A DNA stretch of 56,043 bases from a virus (taxonomy: Duplodnaviria > Caudoviricetes): IMG/VR virus record IMGVR_UViG_3300044836_000026, positions 1 to 56,043 of that record; one strand, given 5' to 3'. The position numbers and the translations under genes were made by a program. Positions 9,720-19,395 of this stretch are shown here, in pieces (position 1 is the stretch's first letter; each line of letters opens with the position of its first letter). The notes under the pieces are model-generated. The model was not told the origin of the DNA. It did not search any database and saw only the letters and a list, made by a program, of their open reading frames with translations.

Positions 9720-10701
9720 AACCATAGGTTTAGGCGACCCGAAAAAAATCGCAATCGCAATGAACGGGCACGGAATCGGTGACGATATTTCGGCTATGCC
9801 TGCCATTGCTCAAAAGATTTCAGAGGGCTACGATATTACGGTTTTCTGTAAAGGGTTTTCACAGAAGTGCTGGACTTCTCTCGGATGTAAAGTGTGCCCT
9901 TCGGTGTCGGATAAAGGCGAAGAGTTTTTCAAGTTCGGAGCCTTTATCGGTGAAACGTTTGAAGGCAACTGGGAAGTAATTAACCTGAAAAATGAATTCG
10001 GAGTAATCTATGAATTGCCTCAATGGAGCGTAATGAATTCCGATAGCGGGAATGTTTTTTATCGTAATCGAATCCATGCCTTCGCTGAATTGATAGAAAC
10101 AACAGTGCCGGAATCGTTTTCGTGGGTAGATGCACTTAGGCCACAAAAGAAATTAGGCGAGTATGTTTTATTCGCACCTGATTCCGCTTCTACAAACAGG
10201 ACGTTTGTTTCTCAAAAGAGATTATATACGGATTTGAAAAAGAGATTTCAAGTGGTAGTCTTTGGGCAGCATGCTTTATACCATAAAGGCAAGAAAGTTG
10301 CTCTGCCGAGATTCGGAAAGAAAGATCGTTTAAGGGTTGCATTCAGTAAGATAAAAACCGTACTTGCTAATAAAGCGATTGCGCTTTGGAATAAAAACAT
10401 TGACCGTGACAAGTTTTTATGTTCAACGTTTGATGAATTCTTAGCTTACATTTACAGTGCTAAATTCGTAGTTGCAACGGATAACGGCGTAATGAATACG
10501 GCGAGAGCTTTGAGTGTACCCTGTATTGCTGTTTTCGGAAGCACTCCACAAATAGCCGCTACGCAATATGACAAGTTTAATAAAACTCCGCGAGAGATTA
10601 TTAAATGCGAATCTTCGGAAAAGGGAATTGACATTTCAGATAACATAGATTTTATTTTAGAAAGAACAACACAATGGCAGAGACAGCACATAATGGCGTA
10701 G
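9706..10701 (+). CDS. glycosyltransferase family 9 (heptosyltransferase-like)
   Basis: N-terminal GIGDDISAMPAI; C-terminal VVATDNGVMNTARALSVPCIAVFGST. Confidence 0.85.
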   Translation: MQSHKTIGLGDPKKIAIAMNGHGIGDDISAMPAIAQKISEGYDITVFCKGFSQKCWTSLGCKVCPSVSDKGEEFFKFGAFIGETFEGNWEVINLKNEFGVIYELPQWSVMNSDSGNVFYRNRIHAFAELIETTVPESFSWVDALRPQKKLGEYVLFAPDSASTNRTFVSQKRLYTDLKKRFQVVVFGQHALYHKGKKVALPRFGKKDRLRVAFSKIKTVLANKAIALWNKNIDRDKFLCSTFDEFLAYIYSAKFVVATDNGVMNTARALSVPCIAVFGSTPQIAATQYDKFNKTPREIIKCESSEKGIDISDNIDFILERTTQWQRQHIMA

Positions 10702-11708
10702 TTGCCTCACATGAACCCGGTAGTAGGTTCGATAATATACGCATCGTTCCGACGAACCTTGCATGGGATCATAACGATTCTATCTGCCCCGGTCTTCGAG
10801 ACGAGGGCTTAGTTGAGTGGCGGCCTATCGTTGGTACTGATATTGCCAACAGGGATAAACCGTTCAATCATGAAATTGTAGCGACGTTTACAACTGAACA
10901 GATGAAGCCTTTGTATATGAGGAATTACGTTCAGTTGTCACGTATCATAGTTGATGCAAGAATGCAAATGATAGGCGGCGGTTCTGCATCTATCGGTTGG
11001 TTAACGTTCCGCGATAACCTTGCCGCATTAGGCGTACAGGCTACGGAAACAACTTCGTTAGCTTTAGGATTTAAGGCAACAATCGGAAAGACGGCCCAAA
11101 CCGTTCTTACATTGAATTCTTATATCACATCCGCTCTTTCAACCGATGAACTGGACAAACTTTTTACAGAGTCAACATCTGGTATGGCGGCGGGTACGGG
11201 TGGAGCTTCGTACGGACTCACTCCAGAGGCATACGATAAATCAAGTTTGATTGTGCCCCCGTTGGATTATGTTTCAATAACAAACTCCGTTGGTACAGCT
11301 AAAGGCGGTAAACTCGGCATGGATTCGGAGATTACTTTTGAGACATACGCCGGAGCACCCGATGGCAGAAATAGGGCACTTGCTCAAGGAATTCGTATCG
11401 GTGGTAAACTGATTATCATTGACATGAATAAAACTCAGTTGAAGGCACAACTCACCGACTGGCGCGAAGACGTTGCTTCATTCACCGTAGGAGATAAAAG
11501 CGGCAATACATACGTCATGACATTAGGCGCGGCCTCTATGTCTCCTACCGGAAGGATGTCGGAGAAGCCCGGAGATTCATGGGTTGAGGTTGAAATTAAG
11601 GGCGACGTACCTATGAACCCGAACGATATTACCGATACTACCTTCATGGATTGGGGTACTACAAATCCCAAAATCGTTACTTTGAAAGGAAAGGCCGGGT
11701 ACAATTAA
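10674..11708 (+). CDS. putative major tail (tube) protein
   Basis: 344 aa, two-domain beta-rich, upstream of chaperone and tape measure. Confidence 0.6.
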   Translation: MAETAHNGVVASHEPGSRFDNIRIVPTNLAWDHNDSICPGLRDEGLVEWRPIVGTDIANRDKPFNHEIVATFTTEQMKPLYMRNYVQLSRIIVDARMQMIGGGSASIGWLTFRDNLAALGVQATETTSLALGFKATIGKTAQTVLTLNSYITSALSTDELDKLFTESTSGMAAGTGGASYGLTPEAYDKSSLIVPPLDYVSITNSVGTAKGGKLGMDSEITFETYAGAPDGRNRALAQGIRIGGKLIIIDMNKTQLKAQLTDWREDVASFTVGDKSGNTYVMTLGAASMSPTGRMSEKPGDSWVEVEIKGDVPMNPNDITDTTFMDWGTTNPKIVTLKGKAGYN

Positions 11709-11905
11709 TGCAGTATCAGGATAAACGAACAGGCGAGAAAGTAGAGATTGAAAAGGTGTCCGGTTTCCATAACGGAATAACTATACCGGACATACATCCC
11801 TATTTCGTAAAGCATCCGAATGGAGATAACTATTATATCTCCGAAGATCGGCTAACGGCACAATTCCAACCGATAAAGGTTGCGAAGGAAGAACCGAAGG
11901 AGTAA
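11708..11905 (+). CDS. small hypothetical protein
   Basis: ATG at 11708 overlaps upstream TAA (TAATG). Confidence 0.55.
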   Translation: MQYQDKRTGEKVEIEKVSGFHNGITIPDIHPYFVKHPNGDNYYISEDRLTAQFQPIKVAKEEPKE

Positions 11906-11935
11906 TGTTACGTACATAGTATTTATGCAAAAGCG

Positions 11936-11962
11936 GGCGGGGCTTAATAGTCCCGCCTTTTT
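11936..11962 (+). terminator. intrinsic terminator
   Basis: GGCGGGGC-TTAATA-GTCCCGCC then T-run. Confidence 0.75.
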
Positions 11963-11983
11963 ATTAAAATCAAAAATCAATTT

Positions 11984-12586
11984 ATGGCATTTACACCGAG
12001 ACCACCGAAAGAAGTTAAGCAAAGGGAGTTCACAGAAGTGCAGTTCGTGTATGGTAAAGACTGGACGTGGAAAATCCCGAATTATTTTCTCGTTTCTGAG
12101 ATTGCAAGAATCCGGCAAGTGCCGTACACTCACGCTCATAATTTCTTAGTAGCGCAACTCAACAGCCCTACTCCGATAAATGGAGTTCAGCGCGAACCCT
12201 CTATGATAATGAGCAAGCAGGAAGAGGCCGCTGAACTTGTTCTTAGAACTTTTGCAGAACAAAAAAAGACAACGAAGATACTGCCGGATGATAAAATGAT
12301 TGCATCTGTTCTCGACAGGTTTTTAAACAATATCGGTGAGAACGAACAGAGCTATGAAGTGTCAAAAGAACAATTAGATTTAATCTGCACTCCGAAAGAC
12401 GGCGCACCCAAATTAAGTACTGTATTCGACATAGCGGATAGGGGGTTAATGCAGGATGCTATAAATTTTTTCTATACGAATCCGGACGGTATGACGAACG
12501 ACAAAGAAGAGCAACCGTTACCAGTGAGCGATTCTGGCAACGAAGAAAAGATTTCCGAGACAACGACAGAAGAGGTTTCCACCTAA
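11984..12586 (+). CDS. tail assembly chaperone (gpG-like)
   Basis: Lies between tail tube and tape measure; carries slippery site. Confidence 0.75.
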   Translation: MAFTPRPPKEVKQREFTEVQFVYGKDWTWKIPNYFLVSEIARIRQVPYTHAHNFLVAQLNSPTPINGVQREPSMIMSKQEEAAELVLRTFAEQKKTTKILPDDKMIASVLDRFLNNIGENEQSYEVSKEQLDLICTPKDGAPKLSTVFDIADRGLMQDAINFFYTNPDGMTNDKEEQPLPVSDSGNEEKISETTTEEVST

Positions 12587-12810
12587 TAGATAAGGGCGAG
12601 AAGGAATTCGTCTCTGTTGATGAATTTGTACCGCCTGAATACAGGGATTTAATAATCGCTTCTCAGTGCGCTAATTCTTATGAAGAATATCAAAATCTGA
12701 AAAGCGAAGACATAGAAGATTTGATGGAATACCTCTGCTTAAAGAATGCGGCAAGCAGTCAGGAAAAAGTGAACAACGGAATAAATATGGAGACAAGTAA
12801 GGATGGCTAA
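12463..12810 (+). other. programmed -1 frameshift site and gpT-like extension
   Basis: In-phase heptamers A AAT TTT (12463) and T TTT TTC (12466); the -1 frame is open 12442-12810 with no early start codon. Confidence 0.8.
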
Positions 12811-15800
12811 CCCTAATGTAACTCTGAAATTCGGAGCGGACACTTCCGACGTTGATAAAAAATTAAAAGCGATTCCTACGAAAGCGTATGATTCGCAGAT
12901 AAAAGCATATGAAAAATTTCAGTCTCAGGAACGTAAATTAGCTGAAAAACAGGATACATATCTACTCAACCTAAAAAAGAATTCTCTATTAAAAGCGAAT
13001 GCCGAGGAAGATAAGTCTTTCAAACGTCAACAGACTCAACAAAATAAAAGAGCACAACAGGAAGAAACAGCCGCGAAAAAATCAGAGCAGTTAGCAAAGA
13101 AAACATCCGATACGTGGCAAAAGGAAATTGATAAGTTCACAAAATTTCATAAGACACATTCCGATAAAAGGGTTTCTCAGACAGAAAAAGCATTAGCCAA
13201 AGAAGAGCAGTTAGCAAAAGCACATGCGCTGAAACTTCAAAAATACCATAACATGCTTGTGAAGAACTCCCTTCCTCAAGGCGACAACCAAAGAGGATTC
13301 AGGGAAATGATTACGGGCGCGATTGATAAATCCGGGGTGGGTAGTTCTTTGGGTAGTGCAGGGATGTTTCTTAAGGGTGGTGGTGCATTGGCAGGTGGAA
13401 TAGCCCTCACAACATTGGCAGTGAAAGAATCCATTGCGGCATTCTCTTCATACGAAGATGCAATGGCAGACCTATCGGCCATTACCGGAGTGAAGGGTAA
13501 ATCATTAGATGACTTGGGCGAGAAAGCTAAAGAAATGGCAAAGGAATTCGGTGTATCAGTGCCGGATGCTGTTGGGGCTTTCAAATTAGTTATCAGTGCG
13601 TTGGGGCCGGATATTGCCAAAGATCAAAAGGCTCTGGCTGAAATGTCGCGGGATATTCTATTACTTGCAAAAGCATCTGGTACGGATGCAACCGAAGCGT
13701 CCGCTTCTCTCACTACAACGCTGAACCAGTTTGGCGGGGCTACATTAAGCGCGAGTGAACAAGCTAAGGAAATGACCCGCATCATGAATGTAATGGCCGC
13801 AGGAGCCCTACAGGGAGCCGCAGAAGTGCCGGATTTAGCGGCGGCAATGGCAGAAGTCGGTACGGTCGCTCATTCATCCGGTTTGTCAATAGAACAAACC
13901 ACGGCAGATATTGAAATACTGGCAATGAACGGTATTAAGGGGAGTGAAGCCGGAACGAAGCTCAAAGAAATGCTTATGCACTTGGGTGACGCTTCCAAAG
14001 AGGCAAAAGATGACCTTGCCGGAATGGGATTATCCATAAGGGATGTGAACCCTGCAATCGTAGGGCAAGAAAGAGCACTCGCAACACTACGCGAAGGGCT
14101 TGCCGGAGTCCATGACACCCAAAGAGAAGGTGAGATAATGGCGCACCTTTTCGGAGAACGTGCAATTATCGGAGCGCGTATTCTTATGGACGCTACGAAA
14201 GTAGTTGACGGACACGCATCCGCTTTACGCAATATGACTGCCGCCGTAACCGGAACAAATGTCGCACAGGAACAGGCAGACATCAAAATGAAAACCCTAT
14301 CCGAAAAATGGAAACGGTTCATGGCAGTAGTTGAAGAGGCCGCTATTGAATTAGGTACGAAACTTGCTCCAGTTATTGACGCGCTCATTGAAGGACTCGG
14401 ATTTTTTGCAAAGCACTTGGATATTGTATTCCGTGCAATTCAGTATCTTGTTTATCCTATCACTCTTGTCTATGAAGGATTATATAAATTAGGCCGTTGG
14501 TTTTTGCAGTCGACAGGATTGGTTACTCCATTGAAAGATACCTTTAGCCTATTGAGCTACTTCATCAAAAAAACTATTGATGACATGCTATCGGCTTATC
14601 ATACCGCTGAAAATATTCTCAGTACAATCAGCGGCGGTAAATTAGGACGTTCAAAAAGCGAACAGGCGAATGACGCGAATCTGGCAGGGATTAAATATAA
14701 AGGCCCGACAGCAGAACAAATTCAGGAAGAGAATAAGGCGCGTGGGGGTACTGCTGATATTGGTACGATAAGCGAACAATATAATAAGGAGTCTATCGCT
14801 ATAAGCGGAGAGAATAAAAAGAAAAAAAATAAGGAAGCAAAGGAGGATGAACGGCAGAGGGCGGAGCTTTTGAATCTCAGTAGGGAGATTGAAATACGAA
14901 AAGCATTCGCGGAAAAAGAGATCAAGAACGAGTCTCTGAAAGCGACAGTCCTTGAAGCGATACAAATTGACTATCACTTAAAATCTATAGCTATAGATAA
15001 GAGGTATAACGATCAAAAAGAAATTGATTCGGAAAAACACGCGCTGAAAATTCTTGCCATAAAACGCGGTGAGACATTGGGCGATATTCTTAATAGTAGT
15101 AATGGAATTAGTGGTGTTATTAGTGGAGTTATCCCAAAACTTCCCGGTACTCCCGGAGTTAGCAAAGGGTATCTAACGCAAAGAGAAACAGCGGGTACAC
15201 CAAAAACGAAAGACGAGATACAGTCGGAAATTGATTCGGCGTTAAACGAAATTCAGGACAAATATAAAAACTTCACTAACATACTACAACAGGGTTTGAG
15301 TAGTGCATTTAGCGTGATGAACCAGTCGTTTTTTCAACCGCTAAACGATACTCTTAATGCCTCTACTAATGCATTCGGAGCTTTTGTTTCCGGTGTCGTT
15401 CAGGGTATCGCACAGTTGGCCGAAGAAATGGCCGCTAAAGCCGCTGTATTCGGATTGCTTAATATTCTTACAGGTGGAGCATTCGGAGCCGGAACAACCC
15501 TACTGAAATTTCTTGGATTTGCTAAAGGTGGGTACACGGGTAATGGAGGTACGAAACAAGCGGCGGGGGTTGTTCATGGGGGCGAGTTCGTTTTCAATAA
15601 TAAAGCTGTTAAGAGAGCCGGGGTTTCAAATCTTGCAAGTATGCACTCCGCCCTTAATGGAGACCATCCGAAGAATACAATCACATTCACAGCCTCAACC
15701 GGAGCACATAGAGGAATGAAGGGATATGAAACAGGTGGATTCGTTAACAGCAGCTATTTCACCGGAGCGGCTATTGATCCGGCGGGGGTTAAAAAAGGTG

Positions 15801-16045
15801 GAAGCGGATACTTCACAGGCGCGGCCATTGACCCCGCAATGCGACGCTCTGGCAGTAGCGGGTATTTTGTAGGGGCCGCGATTGACCCGGCAATGAGAAA
15901 CGGGGGTGGACAAATACAGATGCTAAATGAATTCAAAGGTCTGAGAAATGATCTTCGGAATTTGAACGTTCGCGTTTCTTCTACCAGAGAACTAATGCTT
16001 TCTACAAAAGCAGATGAACTCGCACAGACGTTTGTAAAATACTAA
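12803..16045 (+). CDS. tail tape measure protein (TP901-type core)
   Basis: Ala-rich helical core (GIKGSEAGTKLK); C-terminal FAKGGYTG..AGVVHGGEFV motif; 1080 aa. Confidence 0.95.
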   Translation: MANPNVTLKFGADTSDVDKKLKAIPTKAYDSQIKAYEKFQSQERKLAEKQDTYLLNLKKNSLLKANAEEDKSFKRQQTQQNKRAQQEETAAKKSEQLAKKTSDTWQKEIDKFTKFHKTHSDKRVSQTEKALAKEEQLAKAHALKLQKYHNMLVKNSLPQGDNQRGFREMITGAIDKSGVGSSLGSAGMFLKGGGALAGGIALTTLAVKESIAAFSSYEDAMADLSAITGVKGKSLDDLGEKAKEMAKEFGVSVPDAVGAFKLVISALGPDIAKDQKALAEMSRDILLLAKASGTDATEASASLTTTLNQFGGATLSASEQAKEMTRIMNVMAAGALQGAAEVPDLAAAMAEVGTVAHSSGLSIEQTTADIEILAMNGIKGSEAGTKLKEMLMHLGDASKEAKDDLAGMGLSIRDVNPAIVGQERALATLREGLAGVHDTQREGEIMAHLFGERAIIGARILMDATKVVDGHASALRNMTAAVTGTNVAQEQADIKMKTLSEKWKRFMAVVEEAAIELGTKLAPVIDALIEGLGFFAKHLDIVFRAIQYLVYPITLVYEGLYKLGRWFLQSTGLVTPLKDTFSLLSYFIKKTIDDMLSAYHTAENILSTISGGKLGRSKSEQANDANLAGIKYKGPTAEQIQEENKARGGTADIGTISEQYNKESIAISGENKKKKNKEAKEDERQRAELLNLSREIEIRKAFAEKEIKNESLKATVLEAIQIDYHLKSIAIDKRYNDQKEIDSEKHALKILAIKRGETLGDILNSSNGISGVISGVIPKLPGTPGVSKGYLTQRETAGTPKTKDEIQSEIDSALNEIQDKYKNFTNILQQGLSSAFSVMNQSFFQPLNDTLNASTNAFGAFVSGVVQGIAQLAEEMAAKAAVFGLLNILTGGAFGAGTTLLKFLGFAKGGYTGNGGTKQAAGVVHGGEFVFNNKAVKRAGVSNLASMHSALNGDHPKNTITFTASTGAHRGMKGYETGGFVNSSYFTGAAIDPAGVKKGGSGYFTGAAIDPAMRRSGSSGYFVGAAIDPAMRNGGGQIQMLNEFKGLRNDLRNLNVRVSSTRELMLSTKADELAQTFVKY

Positions 16046-16153
16046 GGAACCAATACGTTTCCTTTCGCACTTATATACCAGAGGAGTTGTATAAAGTATA
16101 AAAAAAATCCTCTACTGTAAAAATCAACCCGCATCAAGAACATAGCGCCTTAA

Positions 16154-16399
16154 TTGGTAATTAAATTACGAAAGAGCCAGAGAATGCAGATTTTTAAAAA
16201 CGATAAAACATTTACAATCATGGTTGAAGACGACCATGAGGAATTGTTGCTGGGTTGGTTATTGCGATCTGCTTACGAGGTATCTACTTCCTATGGCTTA
16301 AATTCTCGTATAAACCCTTTAACGACTCTCGATAAACCTTTGCGGCCAGTTTTGGCACAGAGCGACTATATAACTCTAAAGGATATTGCAAGCGTGTGA
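16154..16399 (+). CDS. hypothetical protein
   Basis: ORF only; start uncertain. Confidence 0.35.
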   Translation: MVIKLRKSQRMQIFKNDKTFTIMVEDDHEELLLGWLLRSAYEVSTSYGLNSRINPLTTLDKPLRPVLAQSDYITLKDIASV

Positions 16400-16542
16400 G
16401 GAGTATTTCATCCTCTATTTTATCAGATTCGTTGTAGATGGAGTATAAAAAACATCATGTCTAAACCAAAATCCAAAAAAACGCGTGGTAAAACAGCCGA
16501 TGCATTAAAAAGCGGCGGCAAGAAGGGTACATTGAAATGGAA

Positions 16543-16791
16543 TCAGTACGGTAAGCCGACCAATTCCGCTTTGAAGCTACGTAAATAACCACATGTTCCG
16601 CAAATTAGGGTTACACATGGAATGCCCTCTTCCAGAGGTCTTTTATCGGCAATATTCGTTAAAAGGGATATAGTGCGGTAGGCGTTAATTTGCTTGGATG
16701 GATTCGGGCATATGGGACAGGAAATTGAAACTCCGTTTTTCGTAAGGCGTTCCTGTATAATTTTTAATTCTGCATCTATGATTTTATCCAT
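16543..16791 (-). CDS. small zinc-ribbon protein (possible IS passenger)
   Basis: CPIC...CGTCGY; co-oriented downstream of the transposase. Confidence 0.65.
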   Translation of the reverse strand: MDKIIDAELKIIQERLTKNGVSISCPICPNPSKQINAYRTISLLTNIADKRPLEEGIPCVTLICGTCGYLRSFKAELVGLPY

Positions 16792-16935
16792 ATCATTTAT
16801 TTTATTGATAGTGTGAAAACAGGCCCCTAACGGTTTATTTGAAAGTGGCTGTTAGGGGTCGATTTTTAAATGAAATATATCCAATAAAGATTCCAAAGTT
16901 CAGGTGCCCATAAGAGCACTTAAATGAGTTTTAAT

Positions 16936-17892
16936 TCAGGCCGCTTTCCTTGAAATTAATTCCTTATACATTAACCTCTTTCCCCAAATCTTTTCAGCGG
17001 CTCTTTCGAATCTTTCCGCATCCGTCATTTTGCGGGTGTTGAACCGGAATGCCTGTTCTGCTAAGTATCTATCCGTATGAAACGGGGCAATTTTCGTATA
17101 TGTACCTTTGACCGATCTTTTGAAGAGGCACCAGAAGTTTTCTAAGCCATTCGTATGAGCCATACCGTCAACAAAGGTTAACTTGTGATCTACCGAGCTA
17201 TGATTAAAGTTCTCATTCAACACGTCGTATGACCTCAGCTTATCGGAGTAGATATTCGAACCCACTTCAACGTTTGCCATGATCTCCGGTAATAGGTTTG
17301 TGCGACGAGCGTTCGGTACGACTTTGGCCCTCACTTCTCCGCCTCTTTCAAGAATGCCCATGACAACGGTTTTATCATTTGCTACATTGCGGTTCGGGTC
17401 GCCCCTCTTCGTTAACTTCTCCCGTCTCTCCTTGTGCATGAACTTCGCTTTACCACCAACGTATGTTTCATCAATCTCGATGTTCCCGGAGAGCTTTTCG
17501 AAAGAGCCGTTACTCACTGCCTTACGGATGCGGTGGCAGAGGTGCCATGCTGATTTCTGAGTGATACCGAGAGCGCGGGCAACCTCACACGATGATACCC
17601 CGTTCTTGTGGTTAATGATAAACCAGAGAGCCGGAACCCATTTCGTGATCGGTAAAGGGCTGTCTTCCATGATCGAACCAGTCTTCAACGAGAACGACTT
17701 CTTACAGCCCTTCTCACGGCAACGATAGGCCGGACGGCATTTCAACGAACACACGTTATCCGAGCCACACTTAGGGCAATGCGGATTTCCATCGGCCCAA
17801 CGGAAGTTCACTAAGAATTCCACGCAAAGCGCGTCATTTGAAAAGTAGGATACTGCCTGTAAAAGCGTCTTCGGGGTTTTGATGTCTTTCAT
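16936..17892 (-). mobile_element. tnp: IS1595-family (ISXO2-like) DDE transposase, apparently intact
   Basis: Zn ribbon CPKC..CREKGC, HTH, IEIDETYVGG, IYSD, HTNGLENFW..KR motifs. Confidence 0.95.
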
Positions 17893-17991
17893 AATCCGTT
17901 GTTTGTTGGTTCGTATATATTAGAACGAATATTCAGGCAGAAAGTTTCAATCTTTTAGAACTTTATCGGATTATTTCTGCGTTATCTTGCT

Positions 17992-18207
17992 ATGAATGAA
18001 AAACGCTTAAAGCAAGTCAAAAAAGGTATTTCCGAACGCATCGCGGAAATACTGGAAAAGAGGGGTTGGAAACAACAGGAATTGGTAAACCGGATGGACG
18101 CTCCGAAGTCTGCCATTTCCCGCATAATGAGTGGAGAGGCGAATCTCACCATTAAAACCATAGTCGAAATAGAGGGCGTGTTGGGAGAGAAAATAATTGA
18201 AATTTAA
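17992..18207 (+). CDS. Xre-family HTH regulator
   Basis: WKQQELVNRM..KSAISRIMSGEANLTIKTI. Confidence 0.9.
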   Translation: MNEKRLKQVKKGISERIAEILEKRGWKQQELVNRMDAPKSAISRIMSGEANLTIKTIVEIEGVLGEKIIEI

Positions 18208-18238
18208 GGGATTTTAAAAAACGGATTTGGGGTTATAA

Positions 18239-18570
18239 AAATATACCTCAGTAGCTATCTTTGTCTAATGTAAATTAGACAAAGAAGTGGAATACTTCAC
18301 CTGTTGGGTGATAGATACGCTTACCGTTGCGGGTAATATACCTACAGAATACCTCCGTTTTACCGGGGGTTTTCTTTTGCCCAACTTTGGAAATTGGTTT
18401 TACCTTTTTCTTCATTTGAGTCTTTCTCCTTTCTGTTAAAGTAGGCGATGTCACTCTCGCCCCTCGCAAAAACAGAGTTTGATCTATTCTTGCGAGGGCG
18501 GAGGAGAAAGCCTGATTAACTAAGAAGAGACTCAAAAGGGTGAGCCGCTTTTCGCTACTGAGGTGTATTT
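18239..18570. repeat. 17-bp imperfect inverted repeat enclosing the small ORF
   Basis: AAATATACCTCAGTAGC (18239-18255) versus GCTACTGAGGTGTATTT (18554-18570), 16/17 complementary. Confidence 0.8.
18275..18415 (-). CDS. small basic protein (46 aa)
   Basis: ATG at 18415 preceded by AGGAGAAAG; MKKKVK...VFCRYITRNGKRIYHPTGEVFHFFV. Confidence 0.7.
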   Translation of the reverse strand: MKKKVKPISKVGQKKTPGKTEVFCRYITRNGKRIYHPTGEVFHFFV

Positions 18571-18609
18571 AAAAGCTGTGATGATTTAGTATTGTTCCGT
18601 AGAATATTA

Positions 18610-18822
18610 TTAATCTATCTTCTTTATCAACTCTTCCGGTTCCACCTCTAAAGCCTTTGCAATTCGTTCGATATAGTCTGCGCTGATATTCATTTTACCT
18701 CGCTCTAATTGCCCTATGAAGTTGAGGCTCATCCCGGCTCTCACCGATAACTTCTCCTGAGGCCATTTCTTATCTAAACGGATACGTCGGATATTCGCCC
18801 CTATTGTTTCTTTTAATGTCAT
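18610..18822 (-). CDS. Xre-family HTH (controller/C-protein-like)
   Basis: IGANIRRIR..WPQEKLS..FIGQLERGKMNIS..IERIAKALEV. Confidence 0.92.
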   Translation of the reverse strand: MTLKETIGANIRRIRLDKKWPQEKLSVRAGMSLNFIGQLERGKMNISADYIERIAKALEVEPEELIKKID

Positions 18823-18838
18823 ACGGGGAAAAACTACG

Positions 18839-18846
18839 TATATTTG
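18839..18846 (+). promoter_or_regulatory. Bacteroidota-type -7 promoter element
   Basis: TATATTTG upstream of the lipoprotein gene. Confidence 0.55.
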
Positions 18847-18951
18847 CGTGGAAAGATAGCTAACTATACTGTACTAAGTATGCTTAACCAACTAAAAATA
18901 CGATAGTTAGATTTACAATGCCACAAGTTTTAATTAAGCAGTAGAAAATAT

Positions 18952-19392
18952 ATGAAAACCACGGTAATCTTAGTCGCTTTTTTAATGGTTTTGGGTGGGT
19001 GCAAACAGGCTGTTACGCCGGATACGGCCCAGAATAATCCCGGAAATATTTCACTTCCGGCAACTTTTACGGGTACCGGGCACAAATATGATGCCTCTGG
19101 TAATCTGAAATCCGGTAAAGAGTTGAGCTACAGGTGGGTGTTCACGAGTTTGGATTCCATCCTCATAGGTAACCAGTATCGAATTATGGATGGAAAGACT
19201 ATCGACTCAGCGACATATGCGGGACGATCAAAGAATATACCAGTAAACACCACTTATTGGTGTGAGCGATTGATTGACACTATAAAATTTAACAGCGACA
19301 AATCGACATTTACGATTACTGATTGGAGTTTTGACATGACCGTCCACCCACCCGATACGTCAAAATATGTTATTACTTGTAATCGTCAATAA
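18952..19392 (+). CDS. lipoprotein (moron)
   Basis: Signal MKTTVILVAFLMVLGG-C lipobox. Confidence 0.8.
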   Translation: MKTTVILVAFLMVLGGCKQAVTPDTAQNNPGNISLPATFTGTGHKYDASGNLKSGKELSYRWVFTSLDSILIGNQYRIMDGKTIDSATYAGRSKNIPVNTTYWCERLIDTIKFNSDKSTFTITDWSFDMTVHPPDTSKYVITCNRQ

Positions 19393-19395
19393 AGG

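Noticed and set aside
365-15936. Many minus-strand and nested ORFs in the track (also e.g. 33809-34297, 41539-41883)
   Set aside because: Shadows of confident plus-strand genes with no recognisable motifs
17279-17560. Plus-strand ORF inside the transposase
   Set aside because: Antisense shadow of the IS1595 transposase
18239-18570. Retron msr-msd or invertible DNA segment
   Set aside because: No RT or invertase gene present; internal complementarities target the RBS, which favours an mRNA-structure explanation
18610-18822. Restriction-modification system controlled by the C-like protein
   Set aside because: No adjacent endonuclease or methylase; the only MTase is ~25 kb away
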